This document shows positions 10,716 to 22,494 of a stretch of 64,000 nucleotides of DNA, piece by piece (the first letter of the stretch is position 1; the number at the start of each line of letters is the position of its first letter). The stretch spans positions 806,001-870,000 of the forward strand of contig CP142731.1 in assembly GCA_036630325.1 (NCBI GenBank). Reading direction: 5' to 3'. The notes under the pieces were generated by a model. The model was not told the origin of the DNA, did not search any database, and saw only the letters and a program-made list of their open reading frames with translations. This DNA comes from Vairimorpha necatrix (taxonomy: Eukaryota). The position numbers were made by a program, and so were the translations under genes.

Positions 10716-11579
10716 ATGAAAAAAGGCGGGAATATTTTTAATTTAAACTCGTCTGATAATAATGTTAGTGTATACCAAGACATAAAAAATATTAAACCTT
10801 TTTTATGTGACTTAAAATCTTCTAAAGAATATTTTAATAATAAAAAAGTACAATTGTATAAAACAGAGATCTGTAGAAGTCATTCGGAGATCGGATATTG
10901 TAAATACGGCACTAAATGCCAATTTGCGCATGCTTTAAGCGAATTGCGCAGTGTAAATAGACACCCCAGGTATAAAACAGAAACTTGTAAAACTTTCTGG
11001 GAAGAAGGAAGTTGTCCGTATGGAAAGAGATGCTGTTTTATACATATTAAGAATAATAATATTGATATACGCGTATTAGAAGAAAATACCAATGATGAGA
11101 ATATAGTTGAAAATATTCAACAAGAAGAAATTTACAAACCCGATATAGAAAAAATTAACTTTAAAAAGATGAATGAAATAGAAAGCGGAATGTTTTCGTC
11201 TATTGATCGATACGAAGATAAAGATGAAACAAATAAAGATTTGGTTGTTAGTAAAGATGTAGATCGCCTACCTAATCTGAAAGCGGAGATTGAGATAGAT
11301 GTATCGCGATATGACACATATGACAATATTAGTGACTGTGAAGAGGCACAATTAGATATTTCAGAAATTAAGAGTTGTAGCTGTAAAGATTTTGAGATAT
11401 TTAATAAAGACAATACGCAAAATGAATGGAGTGATAAATTTTTAGAATTAAGCAAAGAAGATGCCTTGTTCTTTGAATCATTATTTGTTAGAGAACATAA
11501 ACCTTTTTGGGAGTCAAATAAAAATTTTATATGGACAAATAGTCCATTATTTTACAATAATAATTACAAATGGAAATAG
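10716..11579 (+). CDS. TIS11/ZFP36/Cth-family tandem CCCH zinc-finger ARE-binding protein
   Basis: YKTEIC-x8-C-x5-C-x3-H and RYKTETC-x8-C-x5-C-x3-H. Confidence 0.92.
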   Translation: MKKGGNIFNLNSSDNNVSVYQDIKNIKPFLCDLKSSKEYFNNKKVQLYKTEICRSHSEIGYCKYGTKCQFAHALSELRSVNRHPRYKTETCKTFWEEGSCPYGKRCCFIHIKNNNIDIRVLEENTNDENIVENIQQEEIYKPDIEKINFKKMNEIESGMFSSIDRYEDKDETNKDLVVSKDVDRLPNLKAEIEIDVSRYDTYDNISDCEEAQLDISEIKSCSCKDFEIFNKDNTQNEWSDKFLELSKEDALFFESLFVREHKPFWESNKNFIWTNSPLFYNNNYKWK

Positions 11580-11825
11580 AAATAAAAAACTTGTATTTTT
11601 TTAATAATGATTTGGTTTATTTTTAGATTTAAAATTTAGTATTTACATTGTGATTTTGTTTATAAATTATAAATAAATACGGTAATTTGGCACTAAATAA
11701 AATTTTATGTAATTTTATAATTATTAACCTATACTGTAATTTGGAGCTAAAATTTTTTAAAAAAATTATTTTATTGCTTGAGACTCATAAATCGAATTTG
11801 CTATTGAACCTTCTTTAATTTTACA

Positions 11826-12065
11826 ATATTTGAATCAAAACTAAACTGTAATTTTACTACTAAAAAATTTTATTTGACTTTTTTATATTTGAAGATACAG
11901 ACCACATCATAATAATAAAACTTATTATTTTCAATCTTACACACCATATTTGAATCAAAACTAAACTGTAATTTTACTACTAAGAATTTTTATTTGACTT
12001 TTTTATATTTGAAGATACAGACCACATCATAATAATAAAACTTATTATTTTCAATCTTACACACC
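11826..12065. repeat. 120-bp tandem duplication of the 3' end of the adjacent gene
   Basis: 11826-11945 nearly identical to 11946-12065. Confidence 0.9.
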
Positions 12066-12583
12066 ATATAATCATTATTAGTAAACCTTATTCCTTCATA
12101 CAATTTTTCGCCTTTTTCATTTACCAAATATTTGTGTAAATTACTCTGTACAAAATCTTGTAAAGTAAAAATTTTACCATCAAGTTCTAAGTCGTCAGAT
12201 TGTAAAAGGCAATATTTCTCGTCGTTGCCTTTAAAGACATCGTACACATTTTTAATTTTTATATTTTTATCAATAGGGTGTTCATATTCATAAACAGATT
12301 CAAATGAATCTGAAATATAAGAATCAAAATCATATTCTTTTTCGTATATCTTTGTCTTTTTTGTGCCTTCGTCTTCTATGTTTCCACAGAAATCGTCTAA
12401 GACAATTTTCATAAAATCGACATCTAATAAATCAAGAGGGTCAGTGTAAATAGTTGGAGGCAGGAAATGTTCAAGAGAATCGTCGTGATTTTTGAAATCA
12501 ACATTTAAAGATGGTTCGATGTAACAGAGGCCGGGTAAAGGAAGAGGAATGTCATTTACCCATTTGTAATTATCTTCGCTCAT
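11990..12583 (-). CDS. Paf1-like protein (reduced)
   Basis: N-terminal YKWVNDIPLP...SLE...DPLDLLD resembles Paf1 N-terminus; CCC before ATG at 12583. Confidence 0.5.
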   Translation of the reverse strand: MSEDNYKWVNDIPLPLPGLCYIEPSLNVDFKNHDDSLEHFLPPTIYTDPLDLLDVDFMKIVLDDFCGNIEDEGTKKTKIYEKEYDFDSYISDSFESVYEYEHPIDKNIKIKNVYDVFKGNDEKYCLLQSDDLELDGKIFTLQDFVQSNLHKYLVNEKGEKLYEGIRFTNNDYMVCKIENNKFYYYDVVCIFKYKKVK

Positions 12584-12716
12584 GAAAAGGGTTAAAAAAA
12601 AACTAAACAAATGTTGAGATCTATTTGTTAATTAAACAAGTAATATTTTCATTGTGTCCACTGCAAATATGTAAAAAAAAATTTAAATTAATAAAACAAT
12701 GTATTATGAATTTTAA

Positions 12717-12850
12717 ATAAACATATTAATGCTAAATAATTTTTATTTTACTTATTTAAAATAAATATATTAATGTTAAATAACATTGATTTTACTTATT
12801 TTAAATAAACATATTAATGTTAAATAATATTTATTTTACTTATTTAAAAT
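12717..12850. repeat. ~44-bp tandem repeat, three copies
   Basis: ATAAACATATTAATG(C/T)TAAATAA..TTTTACTTATTT repeated. Confidence 0.7.
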
Positions 12851-12876
12851 GGCCCGTAGTTTGTTTTTACTTTTTA

Positions 12877-14136
12877 TCATTTTTTGTAATTTTTCAAATT
12901 TAATATTTTAAATCCAACAGGCTTAGTTTCTTTTCTTGTGTTCGTCGTATTTTCACTAATTTTTTTCTCAAACTTGGGAAATAATATTTGTTTCTCTAAA
13001 ATTTTATAATAATCTTTCATTTCATTCTGTGCCTCTTCAAAATTTAATTCCTTAAGTAATTTCAGCAAGACATTTTCATCCATAAGCAATTTTAAATCTG
13101 CGCATCCGTCAATAATAGACAATCTTTTATTAACTATTTTTTCTGCTATTTCTATAACTTCTTCTTGATTTTTCGTTATATTTCTTTTTATAAGTGACTT
13201 CCTTAATGACTGATTTCTTTTATTTTCTGTTATTTTAGTTCTATCTAAATACGTAGGAATTTCTTTAGCTTGCGTGTTGTGTTTAAAATCATTCATTTTT
13301 AAATTAATAACGGAATTATTTAATATATTAATTTTTATATTATTCTGTGTAGAAAGATAAAATGGATCAAAATATGGAATATTACAAGAAATAGTCGAAG
13401 AAATATCATTGAATTTGGAAATTTGTTTATGAAATTTCAATAAATGTTCAAGTAATTCTGTTTTATATGGAAAAACATAGGCTTTGATATTTTGACAATA
13501 TTTAAATGTGCAACAATAGTGCGCATTTTTAAAATGCGCTTCTAAATCTACAAAATTATTGTAAAATCTATTTTTTATACCAAGTAAATCGCAAACTGTG
13601 CAGCTTACATGTGATTGAATACAATGTTGTTTAGCACAAGATTCGTCATACAAAAAAATATTACAAAATGAACAATAAACATGTCCTCGAAATCCATCTT
13701 CATTCAGTTTACCATTTTTATGACATCTTAACGTACTGACAGAATACAAATTGTGTTCAAACCAAAACTGTTTTTTGTTGTCAATACATTCGTAGCACAA
13801 AAGTGACGCGTGGACTTCCCGGTAATGAGCACGGAGCTCATAAATGTCTTTTAAAATTACTTGGCATTTTTTACATTTGTGAATAAGAAGATTTAAAACT
13901 TTGTCTTTACATTCTTTGTTTTGATAAATGACATCATCGCTATTTATTTCCTCTTTTAGTTTTGATTTTTTGTTTTTTACTATAATTTTTTTTGATATTT
14001 GTTTACAAAGTGTGCACTCTTTTTTTTTATATAGCTTTACAAGTCTAATACCACATGTGATACACAAGGTGTGTTTACATTCGTATTCGACAATAAAATG
14101 GGATTTTGACATACAAATAGCGCAATCTGAATCCAT
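12877..14136 (-). CDS. HEL2: RING/C2H2 E3 ubiquitin ligase of Hel2/ZNF598 type
   Basis: N-terminal RING (CAIC..CKHTLCITC..CTLC) followed by several C2H2 fingers and GHVYCSFC motif. Confidence 0.8.
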   Translation of the reverse strand: MDSDCAICMSKSHFIVEYECKHTLCITCGIRLVKLYKKKECTLCKQISKKIIVKNKKSKLKEEINSDDVIYQNKECKDKVLNLLIHKCKKCQVILKDIYELRAHYREVHASLLCYECIDNKKQFWFEHNLYSVSTLRCHKNGKLNEDGFRGHVYCSFCNIFLYDESCAKQHCIQSHVSCTVCDLLGIKNRFYNNFVDLEAHFKNAHYCCTFKYCQNIKAYVFPYKTELLEHLLKFHKQISKFNDISSTISCNIPYFDPFYLSTQNNIKINILNNSVINLKMNDFKHNTQAKEIPTYLDRTKITENKRNQSLRKSLIKRNITKNQEEVIEIAEKIVNKRLSIIDGCADLKLLMDENVLLKLLKELNFEEAQNEMKDYYKILEKQILFPKFEKKISENTTNTRKETKPVGFKILNLKNYKK

Positions 14137-14174
14137 GGGGGTAAATTAAAAAATTTTATAAATAGAAAAAAAAA

Positions 14175-14440
14175 AAGATTTGTTTTTTTAAAATATTCAT
14201 TTTTCTCAGATTTTTATAAAATTTTCTCAAAAACATTATATAAAAGATTTGTTGCTTAAAAAAATATTCAAACTTCTCAGATTTTTATAAAAATTTACAG
14301 AAAAAAAATAAGATAAAGAAGATTTGTTTTTAAAAAAATATTCAAACTATTCAGGTTTTTATAAAATTTTATAGAAAAAATATTTTCTAAAAAATAAGAT
14401 TTGTTGTTTTAAAATATTCATTTTTTTCTGGATTCCAAAT
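14175..14440. repeat. ~65-75-bp degenerate tandem repeat, about four copies
   Basis: AAGATTTGTT..AAAATATTCA..TCAGATTTTTATAAAATTT repeated. Confidence 0.6.
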
Positions 14441-14537
14441 TTAGAAATTTTTATTTTAAATTTGTATACAATGTTCGTTTGATCACATTATTAAAAAAGT
14501 CAATATTGACACATTTCTGTATTTTTATAATCTTTTT

Positions 14538-15113
14538 TTACATGCCATCTTTACGGTAAGGACTTTGTCCGCATATTTTTCTCACTTTAATACGGCTTTT
14601 TAAATTCGAGTCTCTATTATATTTAGCAGAATAAACATGAACCCAAGTCTTCCCCATTTCTTCATACGCGATTCTGAAAATAATATTGCCATTACCAGTA
14701 TAGTTTTTAGTATAAGCAACTTTCTTGGCTGCCTCGAAAAGTAGTTTAGCTCTATAAATAACTTTCTCTCCCATTTTAGTTATTGGATTATTATTTTTGT
14801 CTACCTCCCAGAAATCTCTTCTGTTTTTAAATTTTGTACTAACTAATTGCAACATTATTTTAACTTTATCATTTAAATCTCTAAGTCTTCTTAATGGATG
14901 GAAATCTTCTTTGTAACTGTTCAGTATTTTCTTCCATTTTCCTTTACCATATTTTTCCAATCCTTCTTTTAATACTTTTATTTCTTCTGGTGTCCAAATT
15001 ATACCTTCTCTTTTGTCTGCATAGGCGTATAAATCAACCACTTCTTCATCTGCTAATATTTCATAGTTTTTTTCAAGTTCAAGATTTTTTTCCTGTTCTG
15101 TTAGTGCGGTCAT
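14538..15113 (-). CDS. Telobox-type Myb domain + MC1-like domain protein, paralog 1
   Basis: WTPEEIKVLKEGLEKYGKGKWKKIL..RRLRDLNDK; C-terminal IIFRIAYEEMGKTWVHVYSAKY. Confidence 0.85.
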   Translation of the reverse strand: MTALTEQEKNLELEKNYEILADEEVVDLYAYADKREGIIWTPEEIKVLKEGLEKYGKGKWKKILNSYKEDFHPLRRLRDLNDKVKIMLQLVSTKFKNRRDFWEVDKNNNPITKMGEKVIYRAKLLFEAAKKVAYTKNYTGNGNIIFRIAYEEMGKTWVHVYSAKYNRDSNLKSRIKVRKICGQSPYRKDGM

Positions 15114-15401
15114 AACGGGGTATTAAAATGAAGCTGAGATACTTACAAAATACGCAGAGATCTTTTCGATCAAAAAGAAATTAAAAAAAAGGAGAAACAA
15201 GAAGAGCACATAAATTACTAAGCATTATAGGTACTAAAAAACAAAATAAACGCATATATTTAATACTGAATTTATGAAACTATATGTGCTATTCCTATAA
15301 AGATAAAACAATTTAAAATGTAAAATATGTGTTTAATGTCCCATTCTAACCGAAATCGATTCTTTTATATTTATTTGAAATTATTTTGTTGAAAAAAATT
15401 T

Positions 15402-16242
15402 GGAGGCGAGGTACCACAGTACCCCACATTTGAGGGTGTTTACTTTATATTTTCGAACCCCAAAAACGAAGTGCAAAATAAAGGAGGAGCAGGAAGGGGA
15501 CAAAAATTACTAAGCACTTATGATATTAAAAATAACAAATAAATACATGCTTTTATTCAAAATTTAATTTTAAATTTAGTTATAATAATCATTTATTGTG
15601 TTGTATCTTTTTTGCCCTTCTTATTTTTTCCATTTTTTTTTAATTGTTGGTTTATTATAAAAGTAGATTTTCTTCAAAAATCTACTTTTATAATAAACCA
15701 ACAATTAAAATTATAAATATTATTTATATAAGAAAATTTAAATAAATGTTCAACGATCTATACAGATTGTTAAATCAAAAAATTTAATTTAAAATATGTT
15801 AAGTTATTTAAAATTATATAGTTTTATGGTTATATTCTTTTTTTAAATTAAATTTCGTATACAAATATATAATTATTTGGTATTTTTACTGTTTAAAGAT
15901 GCAAGTAATTTGAGTGCTAATGATTGCTTCTCCTTTATTTTGCACTTTGTTTTTGGGGTTCGAAAAAATAAAGTGAACACCCTTGGAGGGGGGCGTGTTG
16001 GTCCCCAATTCTAATAAATCAGAAGGGTAAAAAATGCTTGTAAATTAAAAAAAAAGTGTAAAAACTTGTATTAAAATATGATTCTGTACATAAATATGTA
16101 TTTATTTGTTATTTTTAATATCATAAGTGCTTAGTAATTTTTGTCCCCTTCCTGCTCCTCCTTTATTTTGCACTTCGTTTTTGGGGTTCGAAAATATAAA
16201 GTAAACACCCTCAAATGTGGGGTACTGTGGTATCTTTCACCC
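15402..16242. mobile_element. Mutator-type MITE (family A, copy 1)
   Basis: ~135-bp near-perfect TIRs; ends GGAGGCG...TTCACCC; imperfect 9-bp flanks AAAAAATTT/AAAATTTTT; homologous to 30264-31098. Confidence 0.85.
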
Positions 16243-16882
16243 AAAATTTTTATTTTTTTATTAATTTTTGTGCTTTGATTATTTCGAACTTTTAAGTAAA
16301 TTATGTCAAAAAAATAAGCAAATTTAAAGACTTTATATAAATTTAACTTTATAAAAGTAGCAATAAATCAAATCGAATTTGGTTTTAGCTTTTAGGTAAT
16401 ATGTAGATTAAATATTGCTTTAGTGCACCTTTTTAAAATTCATATTTATGTTAAAAAAAATTAATGACAAGCTTGGGAGGGACTAGTAGTTACGCAAAAA
16501 CTGTATCAACTTCATAATCCTTTGTTTTGAGAATTCCGATAGCATTTTGCAACTAAAATCGACAGTAGATCGCTTAATAAATGCTACCATCTCATATTGC
16601 TCTGCAGTAAAACTAAAAACCTTCTTGAAATCTTTTTTGAACATATTTAAAAAAAAAATGAAATTGAAATCGTATTTGTCCAGTTTTAAAAATAGATATA
16701 AATTCAAAAATGTTTTTTATATTTTTCATTTGATTAGATGTTAACATTTTAAAATTTAAATAGCTTAAACTTTTCTTGTAGATCACAAATTTTATTGCCA
16801 CAGTTTCATGCACATGTGTTATTCAGAGTTTTTCTGTATTTTTTTGATATTGCTAAGGACCATGGCGTTTTTTATGAAAAAT

Positions 16883-17464
16883 TCAGTTTTTTGACATACC
16901 ATGTTTACGATATGGACTTTCTCCGCAGATCTTCTTTACTCTGATACGTGTTTTTATTTTTGAATCTCTATTATATTTAGCCGAATAAACATGCACCCAA
17001 GTTTTTCCCATTTCCTCATAAGCAATCCTAAAGATAATGTTCCCTTTGCCCGTATAATTTTTAGTAAATGCAATTCTTTGAGCGGCATCGAAATGTTCTT
17101 TAGATCTAATAATAACCTTTTCTCCCATTACTAGGATTGGATTATTGTGTTTGTCGACTTCATAAAAATCTTTCACTGATAAATGTCTGTGTTTCAAATG
17201 CATCAATACCCTAAATTTCTCTCTTAAATCATCTTTTCTTCTTGACTTATTAAGACATTGCTTATAATTATCAAAGATTGTTTTCCAATTGCCCTGGCCA
17301 AATTTTTCTATTCCTTCTTTCAATAACTCAATTTCTTCTGGCGTCCAAATTATACCCTCTCTCTTGTCTGCATAAGCGTATAGATCAACTAAATCTTCAT
17401 CTGCTAAAATTTGGTAGTTTTTTTCGAGTTCAAGATTTTTTTCCTGTTCTGTTAGTGCGCCCAT
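16883..17464 (-). CDS. Myb + MC1-like protein, paralog 2
   Basis: High similarity to 14538-15113; CCCC before ATG. Confidence 0.85.
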   Translation of the reverse strand: MGALTEQEKNLELEKNYQILADEDLVDLYAYADKREGIIWTPEEIELLKEGIEKFGQGNWKTIFDNYKQCLNKSRRKDDLREKFRVLMHLKHRHLSVKDFYEVDKHNNPILVMGEKVIIRSKEHFDAAQRIAFTKNYTGKGNIIFRIAYEEMGKTWVHVYSAKYNRDSKIKTRIRVKKICGESPYRKHGMSKN

Positions 17465-18660
17465 TTACGGGGTATTAAAAATAAAGTAAACTTAAAATCT
17501 CATAAATGAAGTACACCTCGTGAAATTTATAATACAAATAATCAAAATATATTTTTGTCTAATGGCGAGTTTTGCAAATGTAGTTTTTTTCAAGAACTAT
17601 TTTTTCCAATTTAATATTAGCTTTAATTTGTTGTAAAATTATAATATTAAATTTTGAACGGGAGTGCTATATATTCATTGGAAATTTTGAGCTGTGTTTT
17701 TCTAAACTAAAAAAATGTATGTTAATGTACCTCTAGAATTAAACGCTGATAAAAAACAAAGAAAGGTAGAAAACCCAAACAGAATTATGTGTTAAATAAA
17801 TATGTTTTTTTACATCGTCCATTATGCCTTTCTATGTATTATTTGATTTTAAAGTAAAGCAGTTTCTTATTATTCATAATTGACATGTTTTCCTTACCTT
17901 TCAAATTTAATATTGCTAGTTTTAACTCACGTTGTATTTTACTATGTAATGAATGTAGTGTTCTATGTTCGAAAACATATTTTAAAAGTCTCCTTCAAAA
18001 TTTAGCATAGCACATGCCTCGATTTGGTTGGATAGTAGTATAAAAATATTTTTGCCAATTGTGTCTAGATCATTAGAACCGTTTTCAGTGCATAATTTAA
18101 TTTAATTTTTTAAATCTATAAAGTTTTACTTGTGTCTGCTTTTTATATCTTTACGCAACTTTTTTTGTTAATGTACTAATGTAAAATATTTAAAAAAAGT
18201 TAATATATGCTTTAAAATTATTGAAATTTAGTACCACGTTAGCTTCATAATTTATTGTTTTAATAATGTAATTTATTATTACATATCATGTAAAATAGAC
18301 AGTAGATCGTTAAAATTTAATACTTTATAACTTTGTTATATTACTAAATTTTCTTTGAAGAGACATCTGGTCAACGTTCTAATGATGAATATCATATAAT
18401 CTAAAAAGTGATAAATATAGCTAGAGTGTTGCGATGTCGCCTAAAATAAATAAAATACATGATTTTTATATAGACAAATACATTGGATCATATTAAAGGT
18501 TTTAAAATTACATCGGGGTTAAAATTAAAATTTTTAAATTTTTTTTGTATAAAAAAAATTTTATTGGCACAGTTACCTACACAAGTATATATCAAAATTA
18601 TTGTAACACCTGTGGGTCCTCCAGCGTTTGTTATGTTTTAAGAGCCTTACACAGATTATT

Positions 18661-19236
18661 TCACATATTTTCTTTGCGGCGAGGGCTTTCTCCGCAAATT
18701 TTCTTTACTCTGATACGTGTTTTAAATCTTGAATCTCTAATATATTTAGCCGAATAAACGTGTACCCAAATTTTCCCCATTTCCTCATTAGCAATCCTAA
18801 AAATAATATTCCCTTTGCCTGTATAATTTTTAGTAAACGCAACTCTTTTAGCGGCATCGAAATGTGCTTTATCTTTATAAATAACCTTTTCTCCCATTAT
18901 TAATATTGGATTATTGTATTTGTCAACTTCAAAAAAATCTCTTTTATATTGTTTTCTGTAACCACTTTCTTGAATTAATTTCCAAAATTTTTTTGCTAAA
19001 TCATCTGGTCTTCTTAATGGATGAAGATGCTGCTTATAATGTTCGTAAATTTTCGACCATTTTCCCTGGCCAAATGTTTCTGTTCCTTCTTTCAATAACT
19101 CAATTTCTTCTGGTGTCCAAATTATACCCTCTCTCTTGTCTGCATAAGCGTATAGATCAATTACATCTTCATCTGCTAAAATTTGATATTTTTTTTCGAG
19201 TTCAAGATTTTTATCCTGTTTTGTTAGTGTGCCCAT
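18661..19236 (-). CDS. Myb + MC1-like protein, paralog 3
   Basis: Paralog; ATG at 19236 follows CCC and aligns with the paralog starts. Confidence 0.85.
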   Translation of the reverse strand: MGTLTKQDKNLELEKKYQILADEDVIDLYAYADKREGIIWTPEEIELLKEGTETFGQGKWSKIYEHYKQHLHPLRRPDDLAKKFWKLIQESGYRKQYKRDFFEVDKYNNPILIMGEKVIYKDKAHFDAAKRVAFTKNYTGKGNIIFRIANEEMGKIWVHVYSAKYIRDSRFKTRIRVKKICGESPRRKENM

Positions 19237-19693
19237 TAACAGGGTAAAAAATACAGAAAAATGTAATATTAAATAGATGTTATTTATGTTATGATTTTTA
19301 TGAGACAAATAATTAATTTTGTCTTGTTTAAAGTTTATGTTTAAGCAATTGAAACTTTTTAAAGGATTTAGAATTTTTTACAAATATATAATATTGGTTT
19401 TTACTTAATATATTCATTTTTTTTTCTTTGCTTTAATGTTTTGATTTCTATTTAGTTGTATTACTATTGTTTCAAACACAATGTCAGTTACTTTTACTGC
19501 TTAATTTATAACTTTAGTAAAGAGAAAACAAAGAACGTCCAGAGATCTTCATAGAAATAGAAAAAAATTATTAAATATATTCATTCAACGCCTAACATAG
19601 AACTTTATAAAGTCGTGTTTTTGGATAGGATTTTGGCACTAGAAATGCCCTTTTATAATACAAGATGATTTTTCGACATTTTTGTTGTATATC

Positions 19694-20454
19694 GGTGCCC
19701 CCATCCAAGAGACATAAAGCAAGCATGCTATAAGATGACTGCATTCAAATCCTATGTACTAAAAACTTTTCAGTTGTTATAATGCAAATGTATTTACTCA
19801 GAGGATGCAAATGTCCACGATGATCATTAAGTTGATTCAATGAAACTTGTATACGTCCAGCCATAAGTTAATTAGCATCTAGTGTAGAAACGTACCTCAA
19901 GATTAAAAAACAGTATCCGCTTCGTGGTTATTTCTCGATCTTTTTAAAGTATTTGCTGAGTACAGCCTAGTCGGAGCACGTGGCTTGGTACTTTGTGGGG
20001 ATTTTAGATCTAACTAAGAGTCTAGACGAAGAAAAGCAATATAAGGTCCGTGTACCTATCCTACAGAGTCCTTTAGGACGGTGGCCGAAACAGAAGGGAG
20101 ACTAGTAGTCAACTTAGTCCAATAAAAATGCTCTACTGTGTTGTTAAATGCAAGCAAAGTGTTTGAGATGCAGATGATTGTAGAATTCTTCGGCTATTAT
20201 GATTATGTCTTTTTTCGGGCTAGTTAAACAAATCTGTTATTCCAGTTGTAAAGACCCTCTTGACGTGAAATTAGAAGTAGATGGAAAATATTCTTCCGGA
20301 GCCAAAGTATAATGAAGAGGCGGAGCTTGCTGCGCTAGCATTTAATATGGAGTGAGTTTTAGTAGCCAAGAATCATACAGTGACAGTTGGATAAAGATCA
20401 CACCTAAATCTCCCGATTCCTATTAAGGGGGTAGGCCCATCTTACTTGTAAAAA
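19694..20454 (+). mobile_element. Diverged full-length copy of the tRNA-headed SINE-like element
   Basis: Collinear similarity to reverse complement of 38254-39061 (e.g. ATCATTAAGTTGATTCAATGAAACTTGT, ATTAGCATCTAGTGTAGAAACG, GGTGGCCGAAAC, GGAGCCAAAGT, CTTACTTG-A tail); starts GGTGCCC; degenerate ~14-bp TSD. Confidence 0.8.
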
Positions 20455-22494
20455 TTTTGTTTAAATATCGCTTTAGCAAAATCAATAGTTTAAAGTCTGC
20501 AATTTTTTTATTGTTTTTTTCACACTCAAAAAATAATGATTCGTAAAGTAAACAGCACATCAAAAAAATATGGCTTTAATGATATTTCTTCGAGTAATTT
20601 AGTCTAATGTTAACTCCATATTTCGTCGTTTAGATATTTCTTGTAACTTAGTTCGATATTGCTGGTCATCTAAAATCGACGATAGATCCTTGAAAACAGA
20701 TATAACATCTTTTTTGAACTTGATTTTGCTTAATCTTTCGAAATACGACAAGCATTAGAAAGCCTTAGCACATTGTTGCAGATAGTTGGTATTAATAAAT
20801 GTCAAATAAAATATCTAAAAGAGAGGTTGATTAGTGTCAATTTCTATATATGGTTCAGTAATGGTCAATAATAATTAAGGTGGGGTCTGGGAGTTGTTCT
20901 TCATGTCTATATTTTTTTTCATTTTTTTAGTTAATATTAAAGTTCAATTCTAATTATAGTATTATTTGATTGCGATAAATAAACAAATTATTGTATAAAA
21001 AATTTGTTTCAACTTTATGACATACTACAATGTTTCTATCTACAAACACAAGTCAAAAATTCTTTTATTATGTCATATCTTTGTACCGTGTCTATTCTCA
21101 CTACACACTTAAAAGCTTCGATTAGAATCCTCAAGGAAGCATGTATAATATAAGAGCCTCAAAATTGCTTTTTGTCACAATACGACGTAGAAATCGGCCT
21201 GTACTGATCAGGAATGCTACTCAAAAACTCAATGAACGGATGTCTGAGGAAACTCTGAAGCTGTAGTTAGAAGAACTGAGTGGTTTCTGGGAAAAATAAA
21301 AGAATGATAAAGGTATTACGCCCGAATATTCAAACATGTTGATGACAAAATTGATACATGGTAATTCCAAAATTATGTTGTAAATGTTTATTCTAGAAAA
21401 AAATATATTTCAACATTTTTTATTTGTGTTGTCTAGTGTATAAATTTAGATAATTTTATGATACTTTATTAATATTTTAAAAATCTAATTTCAAATTTTT
21501 GCACTAAAATTTTTATCGGTTTATATTATTATTTTTCTTTATAAAAATTTTGCTAATTATATTAAAGCCAATTTTCCTTGCAAAAAACTTTAGACAAACT
21601 GTTTTAAAATTATCTTTATATTTATTGATGTTTTCCATATTTAAAACTAGACTTCTATATTAATTTAGCGTTTTTTTGGATTTTTTTATTCGAAAAGGAC
21701 TGATAAAAAAGGATGAATTATGATTTATTTTTTTTTATAACATTTAAGTGAAAAATATATTGAATTGGTAATGTTTAAAATCATATCTAAGTTTTGTGAG
21801 ATTTTTATTTCAAATTAAGAACATTTTTTTTATTTCACGTTCTTTCTAAGAGGTAAAAATTTAAAATGAATTTTTTTATAATGTTTTATATTTTTTTGTG
21901 AATTAAAAAATTCTAAGAATTAATTCTGAATATATTCTGGTATTGAGTTTTAGAAAAATAAACATTTTAACAAGAAATTAACATTATTGTTTACGCAACA
22001 TAATTATTAAAAATTACAAAATTTTATATTGTAACAACACGTTGAAAGACACACCATCCATATGGATGACGCAAATTTTCTTGTTCGGATCAACTTCGCG
22101 CACTTTACTTGATGCAATTTTCTTTGATTTTTGCCAAAAATCATAAGTAATTAATAGAACAATTAGGTTGTATGTTTAATGCTGCAAGTATAGCAATTGA
22201 TAGATTTGACGACTTTGCTTTGCAAAAAACTATAAAAGAATAAAATCAAAGGATTTAATTTGTTAAGAGTAAAATGTCTATTTGATTAATAAATTTTTTT
22301 TTAATATTTATCTTTTGGGTAAATTTAAAAAATGGGGAAGTGACTGAACGGGAAATTTTAAAATAGCCCTGACAGCCAACGTGTTAATAAAAAAGTTATT
22401 TTTAATATTAAAGCACAGAAAAGAAGATCAAAAAAAATTTTAAATTTTTTAATAAAAAATATATAAAGATGGAGATATTTACTGCAGGCTCTTT

